A stretch of DNA of 64,000 nt. Origin: Camelus dromedarius (lineage: Eukaryota). The notes under the pieces are model-generated. The model was given only the letters and a program-made list of their open reading frames with translations, ran no database searches and was not told where the DNA came from. Location of the stretch: the NCBI RefSeq assembly GCF_036321535.1, contig NC_087436.1, positions 23,438,001 to 23,502,000 on the forward strand, written 5' to 3'. The position numbers and the translations under genes are program-made. Positions 48,291-62,504 of this stretch are shown piece by piece. Within the stretch, counting starts at the first letter, position 1; each line of letters begins with the position of its first letter.

Positions 48291-48840
48291 AGGGTTATAC
48301 GCAAACATATTATAAGTAAGCTTAATGATGATTTTTTTTTTTCTCAGCAAGACCTATAGTAGCAAGGAAGTGTTGGGAAGCTTAAGAAATACTCGAGAGA
48401 AAAAAGATGAAAATTTCCCCCAGGCCTTGCCTACCTACAGCAGGTCCCTCTGACTGCAGTGTTGTGTAGGAAGGCTATAACCCAGCAGCCCCCTTCCACC
48501 ATCCTGACTTGTTACTCTCTGGCTTTACACCACAAATCTCTTCCCCTTCTGAAATCTGTTTGCTGGCACCCATGGTCCGTGAGTTCCCAACTGCAGACTA
48601 TTGCACAACCATCCTCTCCCCTATGACAGCATCTCTGCCACTCACCTCTCTGTCTATATGGCACTTCCTTCTTTGCAGCCCCGCTTAAAGCCTAAAATCT
48701 GAGCACTCTGTTACGGTTGTAAGTCCTTCAGCAAGTTATAGATGCAATCTGAGCTCCAATGCCCTTGCGCGCTTTTGTTTGTTTTTGCCAGAGATCTTGT
48801 AGTTTTAATCATACACACTTTCCTATCTGACCAATAGAAT

Positions 48841-49226
48841 TTTTTTTTAATTGAAGTATAGTCGATTTACAATGTTGTGTTAATTTCTAGTATACAACAT
48901 AGTGATTCATATATATACATATATTCCTTTTCACATTCTTTTTCATTATAGGCCATTACAAGGTATTGAATATAGTTCCCTGTGCTGTATAGTAGGACCT
49001 TGTTGTTTATTTTATATATAGTAGTTAATATCTGCAAATGCCTAACTCCCAGTTTATCCCTCCACCCCCTTTCCCATAAATTTGCTTTCTGTCTGTGGGT
49101 CTGTTTCTCTTTTATAAATAAGTTCATTTGTGTCCCTTTTTTTTTCATCCCACATATAGGAGATATCATATGGTATTTTTCTTTTACTTTCTGGCTGACT
49201 TCACTTAGTAGGATGATCTCTGGGTC
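48841..49226 (-). mobile_element. Short young L1 3' end (camelid-type) with TSD
   Basis: polyT start, aattgaagtatagtcgatttacaatgttgtg...; ORF IILLSEVSQKVKEKYHMIS. TSD cca(a/g)tagaatt at ~48831 and ~49226. Confidence 0.9.
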
Positions 49227-50179
49227 CAGTAGAATTCCAGGGTCTATACAGCGATGCAAGCATGTCTGCTATTTCTTCTGCTCCCTGTTCCTCCTCCTCC
49301 CTTAGCCCTTCCAGCCCCTGGCAGTTATAACATCTAGCACTGTTCTCGTGTGTTCAACAGATATTGATATGCTGCCTAAACAAATCCCCTCAGCTAGGAA
49401 GATAGGCTTATACCTATTTGTCAGTACAGCATGCTCTCTGTGGGAGCAACACTGAACTGAAAAACCTCAGATCTGTCCTCTCTTGGACAGACCACCCACA
49501 GTAGAATGCAATCTCCAGGCATGAGGTTTGCTCAGTCATTATTTTCGGTCCTCCCAGGGCCTTGTGTGTTTAAACTCCATTTGCAAGGCAGTTGTTTCTT
49601 CCCCAGCCCAAACCTCCTGAAGGGGATTCTTGCTGATGGCATCTGTGCTGGAGACAAGCTCATGCCTGAAGAGATAAATTATTTATGGTGAATGGTGCCT
49701 GAATGGATTGTGTGATCAATAATGCTTATAATAGTACAGCACTGGACAAATCACAGAAGGGCTGGAACGTGTGTCTGCATCACCCTGAAAAGATAGGGTC
49801 TACCAGATATCAACAGGGGAATAAAAGCATTCTTATGATGTCAACCTCAAAACAGCTCAAAACAGTTCTAGATGAGGAGGAAAGTGCAGCTTTTTTTTCT
49901 TCCATTTAAAGAGACAAATCAGTTTTTGGTCATGGGGATCACTGCACCAAAATGCCCCCAACAGTATCCACTTACCAAGACCAACCTTCCTGCACTGATC
50001 TAGCAAAAAGCCTCCCCGTGTTTCTGAGCCTTCCCAGAAGCTCTGCAGAGAGAAAGCAGAATTTCTTCCTGTGTGTTGGTATAGGACCTGACTGCCAGTA
50101 ATGAAGACATTAGTATCTGTTGCTTGGAGTGTTAATTGCGTTGCTGTATTGCTTAGCTCCAGTTTCTAGGCAACGTCCA

Positions 50180-50650
50180 GTATCTTAGGCCTCTGTGTGC
50201 ACATATGATCCCAAGTCCAAACTTCCTTAAGACTCTGCTCGTTTTGTCTGCTGGGAAGTTCCACTGGGATGTCCACCTGGTATTTGAGACTCCACATGTC
50301 CAGAATCAGTTGCATTATCTCCATATCTCTCTCCATCTCCTGCCTGTGACCTCATTGCCAAGCAGCTCCCATCTTCCGGCAAAAAATAAATCCCTATTTT
50401 CCTGCTTCATCTACTGTCATCCTGTAAGTGGCCCTGACATCCTACGGTTCACCATGCCAGAGCACTGTACTCTTCCCTTTCAAGGCCCAGCTCAAATGTC
50501 TCTCCCTCCTCTGAAGTTGGAACCCCCATCGTCCTTGGGTTTCTCCCACAGCCCTCATCACATTCGAGCTGGTGGTAGGGATATTTGTGCATGTGTGTGT
50601 CATCTCTAAATTCCACAGTGAGCTCCTTTAGGGTATGAACCACAACCAGT
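50180..50650 (+). mobile_element. L2 fragment
   Basis: tccactgggatgtccacctgg...tcaaggcccagctcaaatgtc...gtgagctcctttaggg. Confidence 0.55.
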
Positions 50651-53600
50651 CATCTTTGAATGTCCCGAAGAGACGAGCACCACACGATAGCAGACTTCCA
50701 ATGAGAGTCTGTTGAGTGGATGAATGAATGATCTACAGGCAGGCTGTGGAGGTGGCACAGGCAATGTTTGTTTTCTTCCTCACCTGTAGCCCTGAAGCGT
50801 GCTGTCGAGAAGAGTGGGAAGGGATTAAGAGGAAGTCTAGGTGAAAAGTCTCTCAACACCGTTTCACTAGACGGAGCTCCACTCCCCCTTCGTTGGATTC
50901 TCACAGGTGTTTCACGAAGACAGTAGGAGTCAAGGGTATTGGTCCCACCATCCCAGCTGAGCTGTGGAGCTCAGGAGACAGTCCTAGAGAAAGGGGAGAG
51001 GACCCTGGGCTCTTCAGGGCTGGTTTGAGTGTGGGAAAGCTATACCAGACATCCTCAAGACTCCAGGAGGCTGCTAAGGAACAGAACAGATCAGCACCCC
51101 AACCACAGTACTGAAAAGTGCTGTGGCTTCTCTAGTCTCTCGTGGGCTCCAATAATCTAGCCAGCTTGGTGGCAGGACCACAGGGCCTGAGGTTTACTTC
51201 CACATTCTCACACCGGCTTTGCCTCATCTTTCTGAAGGGATGAGGTTGTCTTGGTAGACAAGGTGTAGGGGACAAAGAAAGACAAAATTATTTTTAGATA
51301 GAGGTTTCTACAAGTGTCTAGCCAGGAGGAGGACACTCAATAAATGTTCATTTCTTTCTCTCACCCCCTTCAATTGGTGCTATCCAAGATGCCACTCCTG
51401 GGTGTAACTCTCAAAATAAAGGCTTTGTATAATCCCTAAAGAAAGCTTTCCATCCAGCTCTAGGAAAGGTGCAGGAATGGATTTGCAGGCAGTTCCCCAC
51501 TCCAGGTTTTAGTGCACACATCACACTGAGTTCCAACATGTGTGGCAAAATCTCTCCTTGTTACTAGGCACTGTGAGGCTCAATTGTTGCAGTGAGAACT
51601 TTAATTTTGTATTTTCTCACTTGGGTGCAATTAAGTTTTCAAACATAAAATTGAGCTAATGTCATCTTTGAGTGTTTCATTTACTTTTTTTTTCTTATAA
51701 AGGAAACCGCCCTTGAATATATTTGGCTGTGTGATTGCACAGTCAAATAAGGACACATTTAAATATTCAACTGGGTAACTGCATCTACAGTCTACTTTCA
51801 TAACTGGCTTCCAACACTGTACGTGGATAGGAACACCTACCTTGATAATGTCTCTTGATACTCACTTTGGTCTCTTGTGAATGACATAAGCATTACTTAG
51901 CTGATTTACTTCCCCTTCTAATCTTAGCGAATCACCTGATTATCATTGAGGATGATATCCATTCTGGAGATGCTATTCAGGATGACTTCAAGACTAGAAA
52001 TAGTATCTGGCTTATTTTTAGTGCATTTTACCGAAGGATTTTTCATCTGAATAGGGAAATGAAAACCTTTAGATAGGCAACCAACTCTACACAGTCTTAC
52101 ACTGATTGGTTCAGTGCCCATGCCAAAAATCAAATCCATGATTCCTGATTGTTCCTTCAATTTCTCTAATTCTTTAAAGGCAAGAATCTCAGAGCACCAT
52201 ATCTCTTTAATACCTTTGGTCAACTGTGTTCTCCTTTCGTGTATAACATATCCCCTGGTCCATAGCAGGTCTTTAATAAGAAGGAGGGTGTGAGGAGGGC
52301 ATGAAAGAGAATGAAAGAAAAATGAAATGACAGAGACCCCCTTGCCCTTCTGTGGACAGGAAATGCAATGACCTTGTCTCTAGTTTGGTAATCTGAAAAG
52401 AAATCCAGGTGATCCAAACCATTATTTGAGAAATCAAAAGCATGTTCCATGTGCTTTTGGAGAGTAGGCTTTTTTAGAAACATAAATCCTCAGGAAAAGA
52501 GTGTTTATGTAATTCCACAGCAGGCTGACAATGTATGGGGAAATGTGGACTTTGCATATATCAGCTTTCCACTGTAACTGTTTGTAACTTCACAGCCGAG
52601 ACCCAGGCTCCCATTTGATTTTCTAAGCCAGGTAGGATTGGGCAAGGATCCTACCAGAAGAAAGTTCTCAGGACCTGACCTCACTCCAGTGGGAAAAGGT
52701 GTTGCTGGGAGACCCTTAGCATGAATCTCTTTGGAGCCAACACCTGGCACAGTTGCCATCTCTGAGGAAAGCTTGACCCTCGGTGGTAAATAAAAGGGTT
52801 ATGAGGTTGTATGTAGCAGTGAAGAGTTGGTTGGACTGGGTATTTGTGAAGCCCATTGGTAAAGAAGTATCAGAGGGAAGATACTTTTAAATTCAGTACA
52901 CTCCATCCCCCGTGATTCTGTAGAGACGAATGGAAGATGGAGTATTTTTTAGCTGAAAGGCCCTAGGAAGGAGAATTCAAAACCTTCCCGTTTTAGAACT
53001 AATGAGAAGTACCAAGGAAGTGAAAAACGGACGAAGTTCCCCATTAGATATATTCATGCTCCTCACCTACAGTTTCAAATATGCCCCCATCATGAAGTTG
53101 CGAGAAAAACCCAGGTTAGTTCTTTATCGTTTTCCATCCCCAGTTCCCACTCTAGGGTGACGACCACCTTTTCCCTGGACTGTGACCTCGATATCCTTGC
53201 TGCTTTTTGGTAAGCAAAGCTCATTGTGGCAAACATCCCTTCCTCGGGCCCCAGTTTTTGGGGGTGCGTCTAATGTAAGACAGCGGCTGCTGACGCCGAC
53301 CAGCTCCTCAAGCTCGATCCATTGATAAAAATGTCACCGCCATTAAGAAGGTGCCAGCTCCCTGTCCTAAGGTGGCGGCTCATTCCAGGAGAAGGCTGCC
53401 TTGCCTGTATACTCGCTGTGTCTGAGTCTATTTTGTCTGAAAACACCAAGTTAATCCATTTCCTTAAAGCCACTCAGATGCTAAGGAGCAAAAGCAGAAT
53501 TCCCATCAGCACTGTTGACAGTTTTCTGCGCCGTAATGATTTCAGTCAGCAACCTGAGTGCTTTACAGGGCCTCAGCTTGGCTCAAACAGCACAAGGAAG

Positions 53601-54079
53601 ACCAAAATACCTCCCATCAGAACCCTCCTGGTGCAGACTGTCCTCCATCCACAGGCTCAGTAGGTATTAGGTCCTTCCTACCCCACTTGCCCCACATGGC
53701 TACCGGGCTTTCTCTTCAGGGCCATCCTGAGCCTCTGCCAACATTCAGTGATGAGACTGGCCTTCACTGGTGCTGATTATTCATGTGCTGTGCTTTCGGA
53801 TCTGGAGCCGGGTGCTGCGGAGCACCTGGAGGAGAAGCCAGGCTCTGACGGCTGGTGCCTCCGCTTTCTAAAGAAACCTGGAAGGTGCCTGCGAGTGTGC
53901 ACATGCAGGCTCTAGCCTTGCCTCTCCATCCTCCCAAGGAGGGCAGACCGAGATGAGGAAGGGGGAGCAGGAAGCAGGAAGGGAGCTCACATGGAAGCAT
54001 CCTGCCACTCTGACCCTCCAGCTCTCTTCAGGTAGGAAACGATTCTAGTTCTGTGCTAACAAAGCTTTCGTCGCTGGGA

Positions 54080-54506
54080 GCCTTGCACAGTCAGAGAATT
54101 TTGCTCACAAGAATGGCAGAGAAGCTGCGATGTGCTCACAGAACCTGTTACCTGTTTCTCCTGGGCCCACAGATACATGACACTTCCCAGCCTCCTTTGA
54201 TTAGATGGAGCCATGGGACCAAGTTTTGGCCAGTGAAAGATGAGCAGAGGCCATGTCATTACCTGTGAGGCAGCCCCCTAAGACACCCAGCCCGACCCTG
54301 AGCAGTCTCCCGTCTTGTCAGGGGCTCGATGTCGACACGCAGGATGCACTTGGGAGCCATGAGTGAAAGGCAGAGGCTAGGTCCCTGGATGAGTCTGGGG
54401 AACAATGGACTGTGAGGTGGGTGAAAAATAACCTTCATTGTGTTCAGGCATGGGGATTTGGGGGTCGTTGTTGTAGGAGCTAGCCGGATTTACCCTGACT
54501 AATACA
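54080..54506 (+). mobile_element. MaLR (MLT1-type) LTR
   Basis: cacttcccagcctcc...catgggaccaagttttggccagtg...ends ctgactaataca. Confidence 0.75.
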
Positions 54507-57500
54507 ATCATCTCCTTTTACCCCAGTCCCTAAATTATGTGGCTGCTGCTCTAGGTGTTTAATATTAAAAATAAAGCCTTCAAATTCACAGATCTTTAAA
54601 CAGGCAGATGACATTCAAATTCTAAAGGGGGCGTTCACATCCTTTAGTCTTAGAATTCATTTGTATCCAGTTCCACACACAGTCAGTAAATTCCATGGTA
54701 AAGCTTTGTTTTTTCTAGTTTAATCACAGATTTGAGCTATAGTCATATTTATTGATAGAGTCTGACCAGTGTTCTGTTTGGCTTCTAACTTTAATAAATT
54801 GCCACTGAGAGCCTGAGTCCTAATTCATTGAAAGCGAAAAGGGAAAAAAGGAAAAGAAAAGGGAAAGTGGGGTGGGACAATTATGAACTGACTTCTTTTT
54901 TCTTTATAAATTCATTTGACTCCCGAATTGGTATTTAGCATTACCTTTATATGTGTAAGGTTCTTGCATACAAGACCTATGCTTTCCGATACTTATCCCT
55001 TCTAATGGCTAGCATAGGATTTTATAGTTTGCTGGATGTTTTATAACAAAATCCTTCTTTGTCCACCTTTTTCTGGCATCCCTTGGCTCCTCCCTCTATT
55101 CAGTCATTTTGCATTTTTGACCTCAAGAAAAGGATAACACAGCAGAAATTAGAGAAAAGATGAGTAACTAATTACCCATGGGGAGGAAGGGAATCAGAAG
55201 AAAGTTCCAAGGACTCAGAGGCTGGTGGGCCCCTGAGAAACGTTCCTGTGCCCCTTCCACAGGTTCAGCCTGGAGCAGGATTAGGGAGGAGACAGATGCC
55301 CTTCTAATACATATTGGTCAGTTCTGCCTAGAGAAGGAGGGGTCCTGCATCCAGGTTCCTGGCTAAGTCCAGGCATCAACGTGATCCGACAAAAGAATGC
55401 TCTTCTCATGCCCCTCCATGTGGGGCGCTGCTAGGATCCACACAGTGGCAAAGACATGGGGCAGCATTTTGGAAAGCCTCTTGGAGATTTCTGAGGCCTG
55501 GACTTGGGTGGCAGAAGCAGTTAACACCTACGTGCCCAGGAGGTCCCGGAAGTGGCTGAGAGAGAGCTGAGTGGGAAGGAGTCTCGTGGTCAGGAACAAG
55601 GAATGACTCAGCAGCCCCCCCCCCGGTGAACCAATAACCCAAGACCAGATGGCAAGGGGGCCATCTCAGAGGAGGCCAGCACTGCTAGAGAATGATCCCC
55701 AGGACCAGATGTCCCCTCCCAGTACCTGGCATTATGCAAGCCTCCAAAATTTAGATGCAACCCAGGGAATATGGGAGGGGAGAAGCCAAATTAATTGAAA
55801 TTCAATTTCTGCAACCCCAGAGGAACGGAGGCTTAGAAAGAAAAAAAAGGAAAGCAAAGAATTGTGTTTCTGACACATGTGAACATGTGGAATGAAACTG
55901 ACACCTTTCACGTGTGATCCAAGAAACAGGTTTCTATTAACTTTAATGAAAAGGCAGAAGGATGTTAACTAGTATGATGATTTCAGAACAATGAAAACCT
56001 CACTTCCCCTCACCTCTGTGCTGGTGTGTGAATATCCACTATCCTAATATTTTTTGCCCTTTGATTTAAGATCGTCCTCTTCAAATAGCATGCTATTAAG
56101 GGATGTTAACTGTATTAGTCACTTATTCCTCAATGTGAATCAGTTTATCTTATGTTTTTCTGACAGCAGGGTACAGGCAAGGAATGTTCCCTAGAGAAGG
56201 AGGGAGACAGAGGGTGAAGGATAGGGAGAAAGGAGGGGCATGGGAGGACAGGAGAGAATGAATGAATCAAAGGGCAAATAATGTGCAAAAAAAGAGAAGA
56301 GTGGTACCTCTGGATACAAATTTTGCCTAAGTCATAATTTTGGGTAGGAGCAGCTATATGGATGGAGATAATTCTGTTATTAAAAACTGCCCTGCTTCCC
56401 CTTAAGATGGCTGCCCTTCCTGGGGGTGGGGTGGGGTGGGGGTGGCAGGTGGGGTTGGGGTGGGACACTGTGTGATTCATCTCTTAGTACTCTGTGGGCC
56501 CCAGCAGCAGTGCCCACATGTCGTCATCAGACCTCATCCCCTCTGTGAATCTCACAGAAACTTACAAACTAATGAATTTGTTAAGTCCAACTGGACACCT
56601 GCAAGGCAGGTGACTGTTAAATCAATTAAGCAGCGATAAACATTATTTCAATAGAGAGATGGTGCTCCTTACAGGCAGGAAATGCCGTTCAGAAAAATCC
56701 CAGGGCTGGTGAAGAAAAGCTTTCTCTTGAGGAGTTAAACCTGCCTGTTGTGCGATGAGGCTGCAGCAGGGCCAGAGCATATAAAGCAGGTGTTGGCTGT
56801 GACATGAATCTGAAAAGTTAAGCCAGAGGAGAAACAGGTAAATAACAGCAAATGTAAGACCTAAATCCCACAGCAAGGCCAGTGATGGGGGAGAGTCGCT
56901 TGGCAGCCACAGAAAGACACTATTAAGAAGGAAGAAAACGATACCTGATGCTTTGTGCACCAAGAGGGTGAATTATTAGATTTTTTCCCTCATCGTGACC
57001 TTGTGATATTGAGTAGCCTCCCATCAGACAATCAGTGTTGACATCAGCTACATGCTCAGATCAATAGACATTTCATAGGCTGTCGAGAAACTGTTCTCAG
57101 AGGCAAAGGTGGCAGCCTGTGTACCTTGTCAACCGCCGTGTCACCTGCTTTGCCAGGAGATTAGGGTGTGGAAGTGGGTCAGCGTCCTTCAGTGGCCTCA
57201 GCGAGAGCGGCTTCTCCGCTGCACTTCAGGGATGAGCCAGTCTGCAGGTTATTTTCCACTCACCCAGGCACGTGGCCATTCATTAAATCCGGAAATAAAT
57301 CATGCGCAGGGCCCCAGGGGAACTGTATTTGTTTTGCATGGTTCTAATTCAGCACATCCAGCTAGAAAAGACAGCCGCTCCACCCTGACCGGTTCCGAGG
57401 AAATAAATTGTTGCTTATGTCTCAGCCTTCCTGCCTTAAGAGATTGCCCATTGCTGGTTGGGGGTTTTGAAACAGCATTTCTCAAAAAGATCATGCTCAT

Positions 57501-59029
57501 TAAAACCCATTTTGGATTTGATCCTGGCGAATATCAGTGCCACTGGGGTTGTGAAGACATACGTGCCCCCCACAGTGGTGAGCCGGCCGCCGTCAGCTAC
57601 GGACTCACACCTAGGCAGGTGGAAGTCCTCCGCTGGAGTGTGCACAGTGTGCCCAGAGAAGTGTGTCTGAAATATTCATTGCATAGGAATCACCCAAATT
57701 CTAATGACGATGTTCCGAACTTTCCAAAAAAAAAAAACAAAGAATCACCCAGAGAACTTGTTAAAATACATACACGTATATTCTGGGCCTGGATCCCAAA
57801 GATGCTGATTAAACAAGTCTGTGGCAGGGACCCTCCTCAGGTGACTTCCCTGCATGTGGCCTTGTGACCCTGCTCGGAGCCAAGCTCAGCCAGCAGGCAG
57901 CATAACGTGGAGGACAGGGCATGTCTCTTTTCATCGTGGGTATCACCTCCCCTGCCTGCTGGTCTTGCTGACTCTCAGACCTTGCCCTCAGGATCCTTCC
58001 TGCCTGGATTTAGTCTGTTAACTCCACTGCCAGATTGCACTTGGCCAGCCTGGCTCTGACCACTGACTCCTTCTGGAGAGCATGCGTCTGTGTGACTTCA
58101 CCCCTAGTGTGGCTGTGTGTGGCAGATGTCATGTCCACATGGGGTGGTGGTGAGCAGTGATAGTTAGGGCTTCAGTGATTTTTTTTCATGGTCCAAGCTT
58201 ACATTTTTCTAGTACTTTACCCTTTACCTGCCAATTAAAGGTACCAGACATAAGCTCCTACAAACTCCGACTCGGTGTCAGCATAAAGGAGAGGGATTCC
58301 CATCATTACATTAGAAGCATTTTCTTCAAGAAGGAAGGAAATATACTACTAAAATCTCCCAATTATCTTCACTAATGAAGAAAGCCATGCCACAGATAAT
58401 CCAATTATTTTTTTACTTTGAAATTAATTGCATGATTTCCTGACAGCAGATATGCTCCCTAACTGTGCCTTGTTTTTGCTGGTGTGTGGCAGATATATCC
58501 TAAGCCATATGCCAACTGATTGCACGGTGACAGAGGAGAGTGTGGGATGGCCAGGGGAAGTTAGTATGGGATTTGATTTCAAATTTATTATTTATTATGA
58601 TAACTACATTTACACGCAATGTGTAAGCTCTCAAGTCACAGGGCCCAGACATTTGGACACAGAAAACTTTGGACAACAATTAATTGTAACAGCCAGAACA
58701 TGGGCTAGTCACTACTTCTAGCTGTGTCCAGAGCCTCATAAAGGGAGGCAGATGTGACACCAGAGTTAACGTGGATGACGTCACCAGGTCTATACTTCTA
58801 CGTGACAGTCTTGTCAACATTTTGGGTCATGTCAGGTTGAGTGGGATGGCTTGTATGGTCCCTTCTAACCTTGAAATTCTACAAACTTAGAACCGCAAAC
58901 CCAGTGGTCAGATGTGGGTCTAGAGATGGTGACTCTTAGCATGGTCTCCACTAGCCTGAGAAACAGAGCACAGCCACTAAAATGTCCTGCTGTTAGAATC
59001 TGGACTCATTCCTTCCAGATTTTTGAGCA

Positions 59030-62000
59030 AGAGCATTCAGTCCATTGGTCAGCCAATTAACATGTACCCAGATGAACTCTCCAAGTCCCAGTTCCTTCCT
59101 GGCAGTGGGCCCGGTATCAGGGAATTACATTCACGCAGGCAGGGAAGGCTTATGCCGAAGCCTACACTGAAGCAACAGTGTCTTAAGTCAGGGATCACTT
59201 AGTCTTCATGTTGGCATCAAGTGCTTCACTGGGAGGAGAGAACTGCAACACCGTGGCAAGTATACACCATGATGATTCCCCTAGTTCTTTCCCGGAGTCC
59301 TGCATACACTGGGAAAGGAAGATACCCAGATATTTTGAGGCCATCAGACACAAGTCTGAGTTGGCATTGACACCTGGAAACCTGAGGTGTGATCACAGCT
59401 CCTTTTTAGAGTTGGGGCTCACAGCGCCAGGAAATAAAGTCCTGGCTAAAGCCTGGCTTATAGGGCGTCCTCTGGGTGGCCTATAGGTCCACCTAGTAGT
59501 CATGTCTCCAGGTCCTGAGTGGATCATCAGAATTGATATACTGGGCAGTTGCTGTAAGCCCCACATTGGACATGTGGCCTGTTGGTTGGGGGCTCTCACA
59601 GCAGGAAAGGCCAAATGGATGCCTCTGAAGGTGCCCTCTGCCCACCCTGTTCCCAGCTAAGAGAGTAAATCAAAAGCAATATCATATTCCAGGGGTGGAG
59701 ATTTGTGCCCATTCAAGACGTGAAAAATACTTAGGTGGTGGTCCCCAACACACCTCCTTGCCAGTCTGGCCCCCACAGAAACTAGGTGTGGCCTTGAAAA
59801 TGACAGTGGTCCACTGCAGCCTTAGCCAAGTATAATCCTGACCAAAGCTGCCGTACCAGATGTGACTTCATTGCTAGAACAGATGGATGTGCCTCAGGTA
59901 CATGGTACATGACCACTGATTTGGGGAGTCAGAGACAGTATTTATTATAATTCAAGTATATTCTAGGGCTTTTTTTTTTAAACTCACTCACCATCTGCCA
60001 CAATCCGGTCCCAGGAGGTCTGGACTCTCGGGGCATTCTGCAGAAACGTCCACTGTGTTGCTGGCATCATGTTGACTGGGAAAGATGAGCAGAGGTTGCT
60101 ATACACTGGAGGCCCTGGGAAGACATGGACGTTCTGGAGGGGAGATAGATGAAGGATCTATCAGGGAGCTGCCACTGCAGTGAAGCCTCCAGAGGTCCAG
60201 GATACCCCTCTACAGTGAAAGACAAATGTCTTGCATCCTCTAGCACAAGGAAGGAAGCACAGCACCTGATAGGCCTCTTTGGCCACATCCCACACCTTTG
60301 CTGTTCTAGCCTGTGTTCCAGGTGACACAGAGCCAGCCAGCTTGCTATGAGGCCTGGCGGAGGAATGGGCCCTGGGGCAGCTCCAGGCTGTGGGGCAAGT
60401 GGGCCTGTCACTTGGACCGTACGATCCAGGAAACCTTCTGATGTTGGAAGTGCCCATAGTAGAAAAAGATATAGTGTGGATTTTACGGTAAATCCTAGTG
60501 AAAAAACAACTCAGGCTGCTGGGGTTCTGGAGGAAGGCCATGCTATATATAGCAGAATTGTATGCCTTTTGAGAAAGCTCCTGGCATGTTTCTAGGCATG
60601 ATTCTGATAGAATGCTAGACCATGGAGCATTGTGTGGCCATGTGTCTGGACTGCCCAGTGGGATCTGGGTTCTAGTAGAACTGCCACATCATGAAATCAG
60701 ACAGGCTCAGATGTAACTTGCTGTAAGATGCAAATAAGTGGAACCAGAAGCAAGAGGAATTTGCATGAGCAGGGAGCCCAGGTCCCCTTGTCACCCATAC
60801 TGGTTGCCCCAGTGCCTATCCCCAGCTCTCATCTATTGCCAGAGGAGCATCCCATATGACCAACTGAAGGAGGAGAGAGAAAGTGCAAACTTGGGTTATA
60901 ATGGGTCAGTTTGTCAGAAAGAGTCTGAGATTTTACCCTGCTTGTCAGCTAGCAAGTTGTCCTGCCACAGTTGTATGGAGGCCAGCAGAAGATACAAGGT
61001 CAGAGACAAAGAACTTTATCACTCAGCACAATAGCAGTAGCCAAGGGGTCGGTACTTTTGAGTGCCAGTTCCCTGAGCTCCAATTCTACTAAGGCAATGC
61101 AAAGAATGCTAGGGGATACCTGCACGTGGAGTGGGCTGCGTTACCGGAAAGAAACCTTGAGCTGAGGAAACCCAAACCTTCTATTATGGACAGTAAGCAT
61201 GTCTGCTCTTTGCTCAGGAGGGAGACACTCTCTCTTCTTCCAAGGCTGTTCACTGTCCAGACACACTGGAAAAGATGGTCTAGGACCAAGGCAGTCAGGG
61301 CCTCTCCTTGCAAACATGCAGAAACAATAGAGACCCACGGAGAATTCTCTCATGTGGCTTGACATGGGATGCAAACCAAAAATGAGTGGCAGCTGTATTA
61401 CAGTCATGTTCAGGGCTGACCTTGAAAGACAGAGGGGAAGGAAAAGCTTCCCAGTGGGCACAGCAGTGAGTGGTGCACCCGGCCATCTGCTCTGTGACCC
61501 CAGGTGAGAGTATATAGACTCCTGGACTGTCCAGAAGCCCGGGGGCAGAAGACCTGGAAGCCTGGTGAGGAGCCCTGGGGTGGAAGCATGCAGATGGACA
61601 TACGGGATTGAGCATGAAGTGTCAAGCTTGCTGTATCACAGTTGAATGCCCGCTAAAAAAGCGTCCTCACAGAAGAGGTGCTGAACAACTAAGTGGACAA
61701 AATGGATCAGCCAGTTGGTGTTAGCCATTTTTTGTCACCAGCTGTCTCAGAAACGGCGTGATGGACACAGGAAAGGGACGGCCACAGGGACAGAGACAGA
61801 GACTTCGGATGGACTCGGTAGTATTAGTTTCCACTTAACAAGGCTGATCTCGGTACTGCTGCCTTGGAAGGCCCGACAGGTCGACAGCAATGATCCCTCC
61901 TAAGTCCCTGAGGTGGCACTATTTCTCAACGAGACCAATGGGCCATTTGGTGACGTCACCTACATGAGGACCCTCCCTCTTCACAGAGATAGATCCATAT

Positions 62001-62480
62001 CTCAGTATGAATTTGTCCTTGGTGTTTACAGAGCCTCAGCCAGGACCACTACCCAGGGGTTTACAGTGTGCTTGATCCACTGACTTGAATCCCGAACAAC
62101 ACAGCATCCAACACGGACCCACTTCACAGTGAAGGAGAGAAGGGAGTAAACCCATGGGATCTGCCGCTGTATCACATACCACACCTTCCAAAATCTGCCA
62201 GGCTCAGAATTCTGGAACCATCTCCTAAAAACACTGCTGAAATCCTCTGCAAGGGCAGGACACCCTTCTTTAGGACGTGGGATGTGCGTGAAGTAAGGGG
62301 TCCCTTTACGGTGCTGTGTCCCCGGGAGGGAAAATTAAAGGGTCTGGGAATCAAGAGATGGGAGCAGCAGTGACCCCACTTAACATCATCCCCCATGACT
62401 TACTGGTTCAATTGGTGATCCTGTCCCCGCTGCTCTGAGTTCTGCAGGTTCAGCGTCCTAGTCCTCAATGGGTCACACAC
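59030..62480 (+). mobile_element. Degenerate ERV-L internal region (protease, RT, RNaseH, integrase remnants)
   Basis: SELALTPG and VVMSPGPEWIIRIDILGSCCKPHIG (protease). VVVP..P...VWPPQK....KMTV...AAVPDV.SLLEQ and EAQHLIGLFGHIPHL (RT). VKLAVSQLNAR...EEVLNN*VDKM (RNaseH). TTQGFTVCLIH (integrase). Collinear with recalled HERV-L/MuERV-L pol; many stops and frameshifts. Confidence 0.88.
60912..61352 (-). mobile_element. ERVL-class LTR (LTR40-like) inserted antisense into the ERV-L pol remnant
   Basis: tgtcagaaagagtctgagattttaccctgcttg...agagacccacggagaattctctca; interrupts pol homology; homologous to 3083-3500. Confidence 0.65.
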
Positions 62481-62504
62481 TTGCAAGGGGAGATAGCAAG
62501 GCAT

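Noticed and set aside
57109..57867. Longest ORF in the window (252 aa, +)
   Set aside because: Starts at GTG, no recognisable domain, no splice context, and runs into a MER5-like repeat and an A-run; probably chance.
58776..58783. CRE palindrome TGACGTCA (another at 61951-61958)
   Set aside because: Isolated 8-mers, one inside the ERV-L remnant; no supporting context.
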